Shown here: piece after piece, positions 17,953-28,043 of the stretch | Layout: every line of letters begins with the position of its first letter | How positions within the stretch are numbered: position 1 is the first letter of the stretch | From: Bacteroidales bacterium | GTDB taxonomy: Bacteria; Bacteroidota; Bacteroidia; Bacteroidales; ML635J-15 | Assembly (NCBI GenBank): GCA_017651185.1 | Contig: JAGCDJ010000043.1 | Location: 6,555-70,554, forward strand | DNA length: 64,000 nucleotides | Reading direction: 5' to 3' | Notes under the pieces: generated by a model | The model's input: only the letters and a program-made list of their open reading frames with translations | The model's database searches: none | What the model was told of the DNA's origin: nothing | Program-made: the position numbers and the translations under genes

Positions 17953-19164
17953 TTATTTTGCCAGCCAGTTGGCGGGGTTCAGTGTAGCACTGCCCTTCCA
18001 TATTTCCAGATGCAACACTGTCTTGTTCTCCGAATCGTCGGTGTAAATTTTTCCGATTGCTTGTTTTGCCTTTACCTTGTCGCCAACCGAAACATAAACC
18101 TTGTCGAGATGCGTGTAAACGCTTAGGTATTCGCCATGCCTGATTATCACAGCGTTCTGCGTTCCGGGAATAGAGAATACTTTTCTAACTTCACCATCGA
18201 ACACAGCGCGTGCATCGGAACCGGTTGTTGTGGAAATGTCTATACCTTTATTGTCGATTTCAACGCCAGAAATCACAGGATGCGGCTGTTTGCCGAATCT
18301 CGATACGATAACTCCACGCTGTACTGGCCACGGAAGTTTGCCTACATTGCTGCCAAAATTGTCGCTTACAATTTTTTCTTCAGGCGTCAGTTCGTATTTG
18401 CCCGTATTTGCCTTGCCCTTAGATGCCGACGACTTCTTTACTTCCTCGGCAATCAACTTTTCGATGGCTGCCTGCAACTGCTGTTTTTGCTTGTTCTTTT
18501 CGGCTAGTTGTTTCTTTAGGTCTGCTTCTTTGCCTTTCAGTTTGGCAAGAGCGTTTTCCTGCTGTTTTTTTGCGTTTTCAAGATTTTTTGCTTCAACTTT
18601 TTCCTCGTCGAGGAGTTTTTGATGTTCTGCCTTTTGTGCCAAAAGTTTTTCCTTCTGTCTTTCAAGGAATGCCTTTATTGCGTTTATTGCAATAAGTTGT
18701 CGTTTACGATAGTCGGCCATCTGCTGCATGTATTTCAGTCGCAGGTACGATTGGTTGAAATCTTTCGACGACAGCAAAAACATTATTTCGTTGTTCTTAT
18801 TCTGGTTTTTCCAAGCAACTTGTAGCATCTTAGCATACGATGATTTTAGATTGTCCAGATCCTCGGTCATCATCGCTATTATCGATTCGGTTTCCTTGAT
18901 TTTTTCCGATACAAGTTTAATTTCCATGTTTATGTCGGAAATAAGTTCCTTACGCGACGAAATCTGACTGCCAAGCAGGGCAAGGTTATTTTCCGATTCC
19001 TTTTGGTTCTTGCGTGTTTCCTCGAGTAGTTTGTTGGTATAGTTTATTTCGTTGATAGTCTTCTTCTTCTTCTTTTCAAGTTCTGCCTTGGTCTGTGCGA
19101 ATGAACCAAATGCAAGCGCAAGCATTACGGATGCTAGGAATAATATTCTAACGATTCTTTTCAT
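17953..19164 (-). CDS. EnvC-family murein hydrolase activator (coiled coil + M23-like domain)
   Basis: Signal peptide, long coiled coil, LPWPV, GIDI, IIRHGEYLSVYTHL, LHLEIW. Confidence 0.85.
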   Translation of the reverse strand: MKRIVRILFLASVMLALAFGSFAQTKAELEKKKKKTINEINYTNKLLEETRKNQKESENNLALLGSQISSRKELISDINMEIKLVSEKIKETESIIAMMTEDLDNLKSSYAKMLQVAWKNQNKNNEIMFLLSSKDFNQSYLRLKYMQQMADYRKRQLIAINAIKAFLERQKEKLLAQKAEHQKLLDEEKVEAKNLENAKKQQENALAKLKGKEADLKKQLAEKNKQKQQLQAAIEKLIAEEVKKSSASKGKANTGKYELTPEEKIVSDNFGSNVGKLPWPVQRGVIVSRFGKQPHPVISGVEIDNKGIDISTTTGSDARAVFDGEVRKVFSIPGTQNAVIIRHGEYLSVYTHLDKVYVSVGDKVKAKQAIGKIYTDDSENKTVLHLEIWKGSATLNPANWLAK

Positions 19165-19996
19165 TAAGTTCAATTTTAGTGTATTTGGTTGGAATCTTGA
19201 ACGGGAATGTCAGTTCATCGTCAATTGTAAAATCGCTTATTGTGAATTTCATTGTTGCGTTTACATTGCCATATTCAACATATATGTTCATGTTTTGCGG
19301 GAATAGCAGGTCAGCGTATTTGGTAAACTTGTCATATTCCACAAAGGCGTTTCGTCCGTCCTCCAAGTCTTCGAGATACAAGTTCTTAACCTTGAATGTC
19401 CCAGGTATAACTTTCATAGTCTGAATAACAGAGCCGCGTCTCTCAGCATAATTGCCGTTCGGTCGTTTTTGCTTTTTCTGAGAAACTCTCGAAACGCAAT
19501 AGTACACAGAATCGACGCAAGAATTATAATCATCCTCCTTGTCGACATCGTTGTCCGACTGATAGCGGAAAAATTCATTTAGCAGTATCGACTGCAGGTC
19601 GTTGTACGAAAGGTCAACATTTGCAAAGTTCACAAGTGCGGAAATATCTTCAAGGTAATATTCGTTTTTTAGACGGTTTAACACCTTTACCGAATCACTT
19701 GAAACAAGCACTCTGAAACCTTCGATATTGAACGAACGCAAACTTATCCACAGGAGGCTATCGCGGCAGACGCGCAGATTGCCGCTAAACGAGTCGGGCG
19801 ATCCTCCATTTAACGAATATTCGCACGAAAATTTGTATGTTGCCTTAGCGTATGTAGGGGCATTGGCGGTTACATTCTCTATAATTTTGGCAGAACGTAA
19901 ATTCTCTTTCTTTTCGTTAGTTCCAACATTAGCAGTCCTGCACGCCCACAAGCATACCGACAGCACCAACACCAATATCAAATTCCTTCTTGCCAA
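19148..19996 (-). CDS. DUF4292-family lipoprotein
   Basis: Lipobox LWAC; RDSLLWISLR...DSVKVLNR; C-terminal FPFKIPTKY; conserved position between TPR and EnvC genes. Confidence 0.75.
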   Translation of the reverse strand: MARRNLILVLVLSVCLWACRTANVGTNEKKENLRSAKIIENVTANAPTYAKATYKFSCEYSLNGGSPDSFSGNLRVCRDSLLWISLRSFNIEGFRVLVSSDSVKVLNRLKNEYYLEDISALVNFANVDLSYNDLQSILLNEFFRYQSDNDVDKEDDYNSCVDSVYYCVSRVSQKKQKRPNGNYAERRGSVIQTMKVIPGTFKVKNLYLEDLEDGRNAFVEYDKFTKYADLLFPQNMNIYVEYGNVNATMKFTISDFTIDDELTFPFKIPTKYTKIELNEKNR

Positions 19997-19997
19997 T

Positions 19998-21737
19998 TTA
20001 TTTCAACGATTTTTTCTTTACTTTTTCTTCTATTTCACTGTTCTCAGGGTCGAGTTCCAAAGCCTTTTCCCAGTCTGCCAAAGCCTCGTCCTTCTTGCCA
20101 AGACTAAACTTTATGTCGCCACGATGGTCGTAGTAAACAGCATTGGAAACATCCTTTGCTATGGCATCGTCCATAAACTTCAATGCCTCGTCCAACTTGC
20201 CGTTCTTGTAAAGCACCCACGCGTGAGTGTCTATAAAAGTGGGACTTGACGGGTTTATTTCAACGAGATGCGTACTCATTTCCAATGCCTTGTCGAGTTT
20301 TTCGCCACGCACGGCAAGGTTATAGCTGTAATTGTTGAGCACCGACTCGAAATCGGCATCCTTGAACAAAATATAATCGTAAACCGAATCGGCTTTGTGG
20401 TATTCCTTCAGTGCGTGGTAAGCATCGCCCTGCATGCTCAGCAAGTCAATCATTACCTGCTGGTTGTCAACGGATAGCATTGATGCATAGTCCACTGCTT
20501 TGACGACTTCGCGGAATTCCTTTTTCAGATAAGCCGCAACGACATAGAACTGGTAAACCGAAAGCACATTGGGGAACAGTTCCGATGCTTCCTTGCTGTG
20601 TTCGTAGAGTTTGTCGTAGTCCTGCAAATGATAGTCAATGTTCATCAGGTGTTCCCAAATCTCAAACGAAGACTTGTCCTCTGCCACTATGTCCGACAAA
20701 TTTTGCTGTACCGACTTGTAGTCGTTGTTCATCATTGCAATGTCGGCCTTGAGTGCGCTCAATGCAATGTCGCTTGGGTATTGCCTTTCGACTATCGATG
20801 CCAATCTTTTTATCTGTACTTTTATGTAATCATCGTTCCTAGCAATTGGAAGCAACTGGTTAAGTATCTGCATTTTGAGTTCGTATGTGAGACTTTCATC
20901 CTCGCAGTTGAACGCTTTTTCTAGCATTGCAAAATAGTTGTAGTACTGTGCATCGGTTGCTCTGTGGTATTCGGCAAGCGACAGATATACAAGACCTTCG
21001 TCTATGTTCATCTTTTCGAGTTCGGAAAACTCCACCTTTGCCAAGTCTAACTTCTTGTTTTGGAAGTATGCCTCGGCAAGCATGGCCTTGTAGCGAAGAT
21101 TTGTAGGATAGGCATCGCGCAATTTTTTCATCTCCTCGAACGATTTGTTCATGTTGCCCATCTTTTCGTACATCATTTCTTTCTGTACAGAAATAATGTC
21201 GGTGATTCCGAACTGCTTTTCGGCTTCATCGAGAACCTTTATGGCATCCTTTGGTTTGTTCAGGCTCTGGTAGACCTTTGCCAGTTCGTAGTAATTTTCG
21301 ATGTCGTTCGGGTTCGATGCTATGAGCTTGCGGTAGAGAGGAATGGTCTTTTCGTGCTGATTGCTGTACTCGTAGGTGTAAATCAGCATGTCGATGTAGG
21401 CAATGTTGTTGGTCTTGTCGTACTGCACTGCTTTTTCGGCGTAGGTCTGTGCTGCCTGATAGTCGCCGGTGGCGAACAGGATTGTTGCAATCTCGTAATA
21501 TGCAGCAGGTTGGGTGTTGTCAATTGTTAGTGCACGCGTGTAGTTGCGAATGGCGGCATCGTAGTCGCCAAGATTCTTATTCTTGTTGCCCTCAAGGAAG
21601 TAAAAGCTGAAATTGAAGTCGAAAGCCTTTTCGTTTGAGGCCTTTTTGTCCGATTTCTGGACTTTTTTCTGCGGATAGCACACCGATACCGACGATATCA
21701 GCGCCAAGAGAAGCAATATTTTGCGAAAATTCAACAT
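19998..21737 (-). CDS. Secreted tetratricopeptide repeat protein
   Basis: Signal peptide; multiple TPRs (LNNYSYNLA, DTHAWVLYK, DHRGDI). Confidence 0.85.
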   Translation of the reverse strand: MLNFRKILLLLALISSVSVCYPQKKVQKSDKKASNEKAFDFNFSFYFLEGNKNKNLGDYDAAIRNYTRALTIDNTQPAAYYEIATILFATGDYQAAQTYAEKAVQYDKTNNIAYIDMLIYTYEYSNQHEKTIPLYRKLIASNPNDIENYYELAKVYQSLNKPKDAIKVLDEAEKQFGITDIISVQKEMMYEKMGNMNKSFEEMKKLRDAYPTNLRYKAMLAEAYFQNKKLDLAKVEFSELEKMNIDEGLVYLSLAEYHRATDAQYYNYFAMLEKAFNCEDESLTYELKMQILNQLLPIARNDDYIKVQIKRLASIVERQYPSDIALSALKADIAMMNNDYKSVQQNLSDIVAEDKSSFEIWEHLMNIDYHLQDYDKLYEHSKEASELFPNVLSVYQFYVVAAYLKKEFREVVKAVDYASMLSVDNQQVMIDLLSMQGDAYHALKEYHKADSVYDYILFKDADFESVLNNYSYNLAVRGEKLDKALEMSTHLVEINPSSPTFIDTHAWVLYKNGKLDEALKFMDDAIAKDVSNAVYYDHRGDIKFSLGKKDEALADWEKALELDPENSEIEEKVKKKSLK

Positions 21738-21738
21738 T

Positions 21739-22746
21739 CTACTTGAGTTCTAAGGTGTTGTAGTCGCCAATGCTAAGGTCGTACGACTTGCCCGAAAGTT
21801 TTGTATGGCTGCCAACCATCGAGTCGTGGATGTTCATGTTTTCGATTGTTGTGGCTTCCTGAATCACCGAATTGCAGATTACACTTCCGCAAATTGCAGT
21901 GCCTTTTCCTACCGAAACGTATGGACCAATCACCGAATTAGCAATCTTTACATTGTCCTCTATGTGGCAAGGTGGAATAATTGTCGAATTTTCGACTACT
22001 GCCGACTTTGCAAGCAGTTCGGAACTCTTGTCGCGGGCAAGCACGCGCTGGTGGGTTGCCACGGTGATGTTCTTGTTTCCGCAGTCGAGCCACTCGTCAA
22101 CTTGTGCAGGAACGAATTTTAAACCTTTGGCACGCATGTTTTCCAATGCCGTTGTAAACTGGAATTCTCCACTCTTGCGAATGTCGTTGTCGATGAGGTA
22201 CTGGAGTTCCTTCTGCAATGTTTCGCCAGACTTGAAGTAGTAAATACCTATTATGGCGAGGTCGGAAACAAACTGCTTTGGTTTTTCCTCGAAACCGGAA
22301 ATAACACCGTTGGCATCGGTTGTTACCACTCCGTATGCTTCGGGATGTTCAACCTTCTGCACCCAGATGATGCTGTCGGCATCGGCAGAAATCTTAAAGT
22401 TGGCGAAGAACAATGTGTCGGCAAAAGCCACAACAACCTTGTCGTCGAGCGATTCTGATGCGCACCAAATTGCATGTGCGGTACCAAGAGCTTCTTTCTG
22501 GTAATATATCTTCGGAGCAGCACCAACACTGCGTGCGATATTGCAAAGTTCATCTTCTACCTTCTTGCCGAAATTTCCGATTACAAAAGCAATTTCATCA
22601 ATTGGTTCCTCGCAAATCTGTGCGATTCCTTCAACCAAACGCTGTACTATAGTTTTGCCAGCCAACACGATAAGTGGCTTTGGAACTGTGAGTGTATGCG
22701 GACGCATGCGCGTGCCCATACCTGCCATTGGGATTACAATCTTCAT
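21739..22746 (-). CDS. Sugar-phosphate nucleotidyltransferase (glucose-1-phosphate thymidylyltransferase-like)
   Basis: PMAGMGTRMRPHT..PKPL, EEKP, WLDCG, C-terminal hexapeptide-like region. Confidence 0.85.
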   Translation of the reverse strand: MKIVIPMAGMGTRMRPHTLTVPKPLIVLAGKTIVQRLVEGIAQICEEPIDEIAFVIGNFGKKVEDELCNIARSVGAAPKIYYQKEALGTAHAIWCASESLDDKVVVAFADTLFFANFKISADADSIIWVQKVEHPEAYGVVTTDANGVISGFEEKPKQFVSDLAIIGIYYFKSGETLQKELQYLIDNDIRKSGEFQFTTALENMRAKGLKFVPAQVDEWLDCGNKNITVATHQRVLARDKSSELLAKSAVVENSTIIPPCHIEDNVKIANSVIGPYVSVGKGTAICGSVICNSVIQEATTIENMNIHDSMVGSHTKLSGKSYDLSIGDYNTLELK

Positions 22747-22954
22747 AAGAATCCTAAAATTAAATAATTGACAAAGGTAATACTTATAATATATAAGTGC
22801 GTTAAGCTATTCTTATTTTTTACCAACAATGGAATGTTGTAAAAAAGGCTAATAGGCACGAAGGCTTTTTGTAAATCATCAAGTAGGATTTCGAAACATA
22901 TAAGTGTAATTGTTTGAATATATGTATTCCATTAGAAAATCCACATCTTTTTAT

Positions 22955-22985
22955 TTTGCCATTCCCAAAAAATGTTGTAATTTTG
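22955..22985 (+). promoter_or_regulatory. Bacteroidota sigma-A promoter for rplY-pth-psd
   Basis: TTTG (22955-22958), 19-nt spacer, TAATTTTG (22978-22985). Confidence 0.7.
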
Positions 22986-23003
22986 CGCCCGATTTTGTTT
23001 AAC

Positions 23004-23041
23004 TGTGCGATGGGACCGCGAGTGCGTGGCTGAGTAGTACA
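23004..23041 (+). promoter_or_regulatory. Candidate L25 leader: 5S rRNA loop E mimic in rplY 5' UTR
   Basis: UGUGC/GUACA stem, 7x7 internal loop GAUGGGA/CUGAGUA, CCGCG/CGUGG stem, AGUG loop. Confidence 0.6.
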
Positions 23042-23061
23042 TAAATAATTTTATAAAAGTA

Positions 23062-23667
23062 ATGAAACATTTTGAATTGAAAGGTACAGTACGTACCGAG
23101 TTCGGCAAGAAGGCCGCAAAGCAAATCAAGAGAAGCAACAACATTCCGTGCGTAGTTTACGGCATCGAAGAGACCGTTCACTTCACAGTTGCAAGTGCTG
23201 ATGTTCGCAACCTTATCTTCACTCCTGATGTAATGTTTGCAGACCTCGACCTCGACGGAAAGAAGAGAATCACTTTGCTCAAGGAAATCCAGTTTGACCC
23301 GATTTCAGACCAGGTTATCCACATCGACTTCTACGAAGTTGACCCTGCAAAGCCAGTAAAGGTCCGCATTCCTTTGAAGCTCGTTGGTAACTCAGCAGGT
23401 GTAAAGGCCGGTGGTAAGTTGAAACACAGTCTCAAGAAGATCGCTATCAAGGGTATGATGGAAGACATTCCTAACGTATACGAAGTCAACATCGAAGACT
23501 TGAAACTTGGCGAAACCATCAGAATTAAGGACCTTAAGTCAGACAAGCTCGAATTTACCGAAAATGGTAGCACTCTTATCGCATCTGTAATGATTGCTCG
23601 TGGTGCATCTAGCGACGAAGGTTCTGAAGAAGGTGGCGAAGCTCCTGCAGAAGGTGCTGCTGAATAA
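23062..23667 (+). CDS. rplY: 50S ribosomal protein L25/Ctc
   Basis: RTEFGKKAAKQIKRSNNIPCVVYG, EIQFDPISDQVIHIDF, GVKAGG. Confidence 0.95.
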   Translation: MKHFELKGTVRTEFGKKAAKQIKRSNNIPCVVYGIEETVHFTVASADVRNLIFTPDVMFADLDLDGKKRITLLKEIQFDPISDQVIHIDFYEVDPAKPVKVRIPLKLVGNSAGVKAGGKLKHSLKKIAIKGMMEDIPNVYEVNIEDLKLGETIRIKDLKSDKLEFTENGSTLIASVMIARGASSDEGSEEGGEAPAEGAAE

Positions 23668-23691
23668 GCCACAAATTTCAATATCTGAATT

Positions 23692-24255
23692 GTGAAGTAT
23701 CTCATCGTCGGGTTAGGAAATCCCGGAGCAGAATACAAGAATACAAGGCACAATATTGGATATACGGTGCTCGACGCTTTCGCAGAAAGCGCGGGCATCG
23801 CTTTTTTTGACAAGCGCTATGCCTATCGTGCCGAAACGAGCATAAAAGGACGTACGCTCATTCTCATAAAACCCACGACATATATGAACCTCAGTGGTAA
23901 TGCTGTAAGGTACTATATGAATCAGGAGAAAATCCCTGTCGAAAATGTATTTGTCATAGTTGATGACCTGGCTCTTCCATTCGGCACTATCCGAATAAAA
24001 CCCAAGGGAAGCAGCGGCGGACACAACGGATTGCAGAACATTCAGGACACTATCGGCACAAGTGAATATGCACGACTGAGGTTCGGCATCGGAAACGAAT
24101 TTTCGCGTGGCGGACAAATAGACTTTGTGCTAGGTGAATGGACAAAGGACGAAAGCGAAAACCTCAAGTCGCGTGTCGAAGTGGCAGTAAATGCCATAAA
24201 GGACTTTCCGTTAATTGGCATTGAGCGCACAATGAACACCTATAATAATAAATAG
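23692..24255 (+). CDS. pth: Peptidyl-tRNA hydrolase
   Basis: [31 protein letters not shown]. Confidence 0.95.
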   Translation: MKYLIVGLGNPGAEYKNTRHNIGYTVLDAFAESAGIAFFDKRYAYRAETSIKGRTLILIKPTTYMNLSGNAVRYYMNQEKIPVENVFVIVDDLALPFGTIRIKPKGSSGGHNGLQNIQDTIGTSEYARLRFGIGNEFSRGGQIDFVLGEWTKDESENLKSRVEVAVNAIKDFPLIGIERTMNTYNNK

Positions 24256-24258
24256 ACC

Positions 24259-25065
24259 ATGCCAGCACCTAAACCACAAAAGCAGAACTACCGCAACTTT
24301 TTCTCGCGTATGGCAGGAAAACTATCCAATGCCAAAAAACCTAAGTGGTTTATCAAAGGTGTTATCAAACTATGGAAAAAGAGATACAAGATTGATCTTT
24401 TGGAATATGTAGTTCCGCCCAATGGGTTCAAGACCTTCAATTCTTTTTTTACACGCAACCTCAAGGAAGGTTCAAGGCCTGTAGGCGAAGGACTTGTCTC
24501 TCCTGTCGATGGCTTTATTTTTGACTTTGGAAAAATCTCTGGCGACAATAAGATATACGTTAAGTTTAAACATTACTATGTCGATGACCTCATTTGCGAC
24601 GAGTATGGCGACATTGCTTCGTATGCTGTATTGTACCTTTCGCCTGCAAACTACCATCGTGTACATGCTAGTTTCGACATGGAAATCACCGATATAAGTT
24701 ATTTGCCTGGCACATTGCGACCAGTAAAACCAAAAGTCGTTTACAAAAAGGACCGCGTCTATTGCCGTAACGAGCGAATAGTAATTCATGGTCAGTCGGA
24801 GTTTGGTAATTTCTATATGATTCTTGTCGGTGCGTTGTTCGTAGGCAAGACAAAATTGTCGTTCGACAGTGGTCTGCAGACCAACATTAAGAAAGGTGTT
24901 GCGTCCAAGCGAATATATGAAAATAGCATACATATAAATAAAGGTGAGGAAGTGGGTTATTTTGAAATGGGTTCAAGCGTAATTCTTTTTACAAGCGATG
25001 ACCGACTTGCTAATATAAAGTTGCCGCTCAATTCACCGGTTAGAGTAGGGAACCGTCTGGCCTAG
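24259..25065 (+). CDS. psd: Phosphatidylserine decarboxylase proenzyme
   Basis: FNSFFTRNLK, SPVDG, YLSPANYHRVH, NER, GYFEMGSS cleavage motif. Confidence 0.85.
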   Translation: MPAPKPQKQNYRNFFSRMAGKLSNAKKPKWFIKGVIKLWKKRYKIDLLEYVVPPNGFKTFNSFFTRNLKEGSRPVGEGLVSPVDGFIFDFGKISGDNKIYVKFKHYYVDDLICDEYGDIASYAVLYLSPANYHRVHASFDMEITDISYLPGTLRPVKPKVVYKKDRVYCRNERIVIHGQSEFGNFYMILVGALFVGKTKLSFDSGLQTNIKKGVASKRIYENSIHINKGEEVGYFEMGSSVILFTSDDRLANIKLPLNSPVRVGNRLA

Positions 25066-25217
25066 AAGGTATACAGAGGGTAAAATAGACAAATCCTATT
25101 ATTGATAAATTCTCGCCATTCCAAACAGGATGGTGTTAATAAATATTTTGGTTTCATGTTCGCAATAGGTAAGTATGTCTTTAATTTTGCATCGATTTTA
25201 ATTAAAATTTATTCACT

Positions 25218-26090
25218 ATGAGGAAATTTTCGATTTTGTTGGTGGCACTTGTGTTTACAGTAAACATGTTTGCCCAGGAAAATGACAAAAACGGAGAAGT
25301 CAACATGATGTCGAAGCGTGGAGAATATATCCTGCCGGTAGCAGGTGATTTTGCACTCGGAATCAATGCTCTCCCGATGGTCAACTATTTTGGAAACTTG
25401 TTCAATGGTCATGCTGGTAACAGCACGAACTTTGGAACATTCACACACACTCTCGTTCGTACTACTCCAATTCTTTTTGGAAAGTACTACCTTACAGACA
25501 AGACTGCCATCCGCGCAGGTTTGCTCATTGGCGTTTACAACGAAACCAATCGTGAAAATGTCATGATGAACCAGCAGATTCCAGATCCTAAGGTAACCGT
25601 TACCGATATTATGAAGAGCACTGAAACTGATTTAGGCATTGGTGCTGACTATCTCTTCTACAGAGGTAAGGGTCGCGTTCAGGGATTCTATGGTGGTGGA
25701 ATTGCTTTCAACTACACAAAAACCAAAGCTACCTACAACTATGGTAACCTTATCACAACCGAATTCTCAGCTCCTTTCTGGTATGACTTTGCTGCTGGAA
25801 CAACAACTTCTGGCGGTACACGAGTTCTTTCTCGCAGCGGTGACCGTTCATACGGTGTAATCCTCAGTGGCGTTGTTGGCGTTGAATATTTCATCGCACC
25901 TAAGATATCGATTGGTGGTGAATTCAGACTCGGTCTCTACACTGGATACGACACTTACGGAACAACAACTGTTGAACGTTGGACTGGTACAGAAAGAGAA
26001 GTTGAAACTATGCCTAAGGCAGCAAACGACGGTAGTATTGCATTTAGAAATGCTTCAACAGGTTCATTGTTTATGATGTTCCATTTTTAA
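25218..26090 (+). CDS. Outer-membrane beta-barrel protein
   Basis: Signal peptide, amphipathic strands (GVEYFIAPKISIGGEF), terminal Phe. Confidence 0.7.
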   Translation: MRKFSILLVALVFTVNMFAQENDKNGEVNMMSKRGEYILPVAGDFALGINALPMVNYFGNLFNGHAGNSTNFGTFTHTLVRTTPILFGKYYLTDKTAIRAGLLIGVYNETNRENVMMNQQIPDPKVTVTDIMKSTETDLGIGADYLFYRGKGRVQGFYGGGIAFNYTKTKATYNYGNLITTEFSAPFWYDFAAGTTTSGGTRVLSRSGDRSYGVILSGVVGVEYFIAPKISIGGEFRLGLYTGYDTYGTTTVERWTGTEREVETMPKAANDGSIAFRNASTGSLFMMFHF

Positions 26091-26124
26091 GAAAAATAAA
26101 GTTTAACTATAAAAAATAATAATT

Positions 26125-26595
26125 ATGAAGAAAATATTTTCAATTATCGCAATCGCTCTTATAGGAGCATTCGTTTTGTCATCATGCAACAAGAATGACT
26201 ATGAAACAGAACCTTTGAAGACCATCACAATATCTGGAACAGTTAAGGCAAACCTTGACCTTACAGCAGCAAATCCAGGTGATGCACCTAACGGCACAAA
26301 GATTATCTTCAGAATCGACGCTGAAGACCTTTGCCATCCGCAGACAACTGATCCTACTTATTCATATAGTACTCTTCAGTACGAAGCAGAAGTATCAGGC
26401 GGTAAGTATTCTATAGAATTGCCAGCAGTTAACTTCAATGCAGTAAGTGTTGACATCGTTCCTGTTGACTTCAAGGCAAACCAGATTCAGGATGCAACAG
26501 GAGCTGTTAAAGAAAAAGTTTTCTCATCTCCATCTTACTCGATTACAATCCAGGAAGGCGAAGTTTACTTTGAGGACATTACTTTCATAGGATAA
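26125..26595 (+). CDS. Hypothetical beta-rich lipoprotein
   Basis: Lipobox LSSC followed by NKND. Confidence 0.7.
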   Translation: MKKIFSIIAIALIGAFVLSSCNKNDYETEPLKTITISGTVKANLDLTAANPGDAPNGTKIIFRIDAEDLCHPQTTDPTYSYSTLQYEAEVSGGKYSIELPAVNFNAVSVDIVPVDFKANQIQDATGAVKEKVFSSPSYSITIQEGEVYFEDITFIG

Positions 26596-26613
26596 TTAAA
26601 AAAAGCATTTTAT

Positions 26614-26640
26614 AGAGCCGCCCTACGAGGCGGCTTTTTT
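26614..26640 (+). terminator. Intrinsic terminator
   Basis: AGAGCCGCC-CTACGA-GGCGGCTTTTTT. Confidence 0.8.
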
Positions 26641-26844
26641 GTTTTAGCACTATGATGTTCTGCACTGATTATATGCGGATGAATGTAAATTTTAAAGACT
26701 ATATAGATTGTTTGATATTCAAAACATAACCTATGTTGATTGTTGTTTGTCGGATATTATAACGACCATTGTGTAGGTCGCTTGTGTAGTCTAACATTTT
26801 TCTGCCCATATTGTAATGTTATTTTGGAACTAGACGTATGGTGC

Positions 26845-26877
26845 AAAAAAAAGACTGGCGAATGCCAGTCTTTTTTT
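26845..26877 (-). terminator. Intrinsic terminator (bidirectional shape)
   Basis: AAAAAAAAGACTGGC-GAAT-GCCAGTCTTTTTTT. Confidence 0.8.
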
Positions 26878-26896
26878 GTTTAATAATCCTAGACTA

Positions 26897-27370
26897 TTAG
26901 TTCTTCTTGCCAATTCCGAGCTTGTTAGCTGCGTCCTTGCCTGCGTTAACAGCATCCTTTGCGCCTTCAGCAGTTTTTTGAGCAAGTTTTACAGAAGCAT
27001 CTTCCATTCTCTTGTTCAAAGCTTTGAAGCGGTTCAACTGAGCATCGTTAAGATTGTCTTCTTTAATCTTGGCCTTAGCTGCTTCAGCATTGGTCTTTAC
27101 TTCCTTTGCCTTGTCGATACCACCATTGTCAACGAATTCTTCGTAGCTCTTTACGAACTTTTCGTATTCGTCGAGGTACTCGTCGAAGTTAACAACGTTG
27201 TTAGTTGCTGCTGGAGCTGCTGTTGCTTCTGCTGCTGGAGCTTCTTCAACTTCTTCTACAGTTGCTTCTGCGTTCTGATCTTCTTCTGCTTCTGCTGGTT
27301 TGTCGTTGCAGGAAACAGCCATAAGTGCTACGAATAAAGCACTTGCCATAAATACTAATGTCTTTTTCAT
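26897..27370 (-). CDS. Helical lipoprotein (DUF6591-like)
   Basis: Lipobox AVSC; Ala/Glu linker; YLDEYEKFV...LNDAQLNRF. Confidence 0.65.
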   Translation of the reverse strand: MKKTLVFMASALFVALMAVSCNDKPAEAEEDQNAEATVEEVEEAPAAEATAAPAATNNVVNFDEYLDEYEKFVKSYEEFVDNGGIDKAKEVKTNAEAAKAKIKEDNLNDAQLNRFKALNKRMEDASVKLAQKTAEGAKDAVNAGKDAANKLGIGKKN

Positions 27371-27475
27371 TTTAGTTGTTAAATTTAAAATTTTTACTTT
27401 CGCAAAGTTATTGCTTTTTTGAAAAGGACAAATAATTTTTTTTTTGTTTTTAATTTTTTTGTCTGCTATTGGCAC

Positions 27476-27506
27476 AAAAAAAGAAGACTTCCAAATAGAA
27501 GTCTTC
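27476..27506 (-). terminator. Intrinsic terminator after 27530-27958
   Basis: GAAGACTTC/GAAGTCTTC stem with a U-tract on the minus strand. Confidence 0.7.
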
Positions 27507-27529
27507 CTTGTAAATTTGTTTTATGCTTT

Positions 27530-27958
27530 TTATTCTGCCTGCCATTTGTATTCCATTGGAACACCTGCTTCGGTGATTGTGAGCTTGTTGCCCTTAATCG
27601 AAACATTAATTTCCTTCGACATGCTGAAATCGTCGCCCTTCTGTTCGAGCTTCATTGTTTCGCCATCGAGGGTGTAGTTCCACTTTATGGTATCTGTTCC
27701 TCCGTCAAAAACATCAGGTCTTATGACGGTGCAGATGCCATCTTCTGAGAACTGGTAGGTTGTCTTGCTACCCCAGTCGTCGTTTACCCATACGCCATCG
27801 GTTAGGGCCTTGTCTTCTGCTGATTCTTCTTCTACGACTGCTTCTTCGATTAATGAATCGATTGCGTCATCGGTTGTCTCTGTTGGCGTGTTGTTGCAGG
27901 AAACAGCCATAAGTGCTACGAATAATGCACTTGCCAAAAATGCTAATGTCTTTCTCAT
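27530..27958 (-). CDS. Lipoprotein with lipocalin-like domain
   Basis: Lipobox AVSC; LTDGVW..YQFSEDG..WNYTLDG..IKGNKLTI. Confidence 0.65.
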   Translation of the reverse strand: MRKTLAFLASALFVALMAVSCNNTPTETTDDAIDSLIEEAVVEEESAEDKALTDGVWVNDDWGSKTTYQFSEDGICTVIRPDVFDGGTDTIKWNYTLDGETMKLEQKGDDFSMSKEINVSIKGNKLTITEAGVPMEYKWQAE

Positions 27959-28043
27959 TTCTTTTATAAATTTTTAGTAGTGCAAAAGTAGTAATTTCTT
28001 TCTGTCGTTGTTACAATTGCGTTCTAATACAATCTGCTGATTG

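Noticed and set aside
22990-23060. 5S rRNA gene or pseudogene
   Set aside because: Only the loop E arm is similar; the rest of 5S is absent, so it was treated as a leader mimic.
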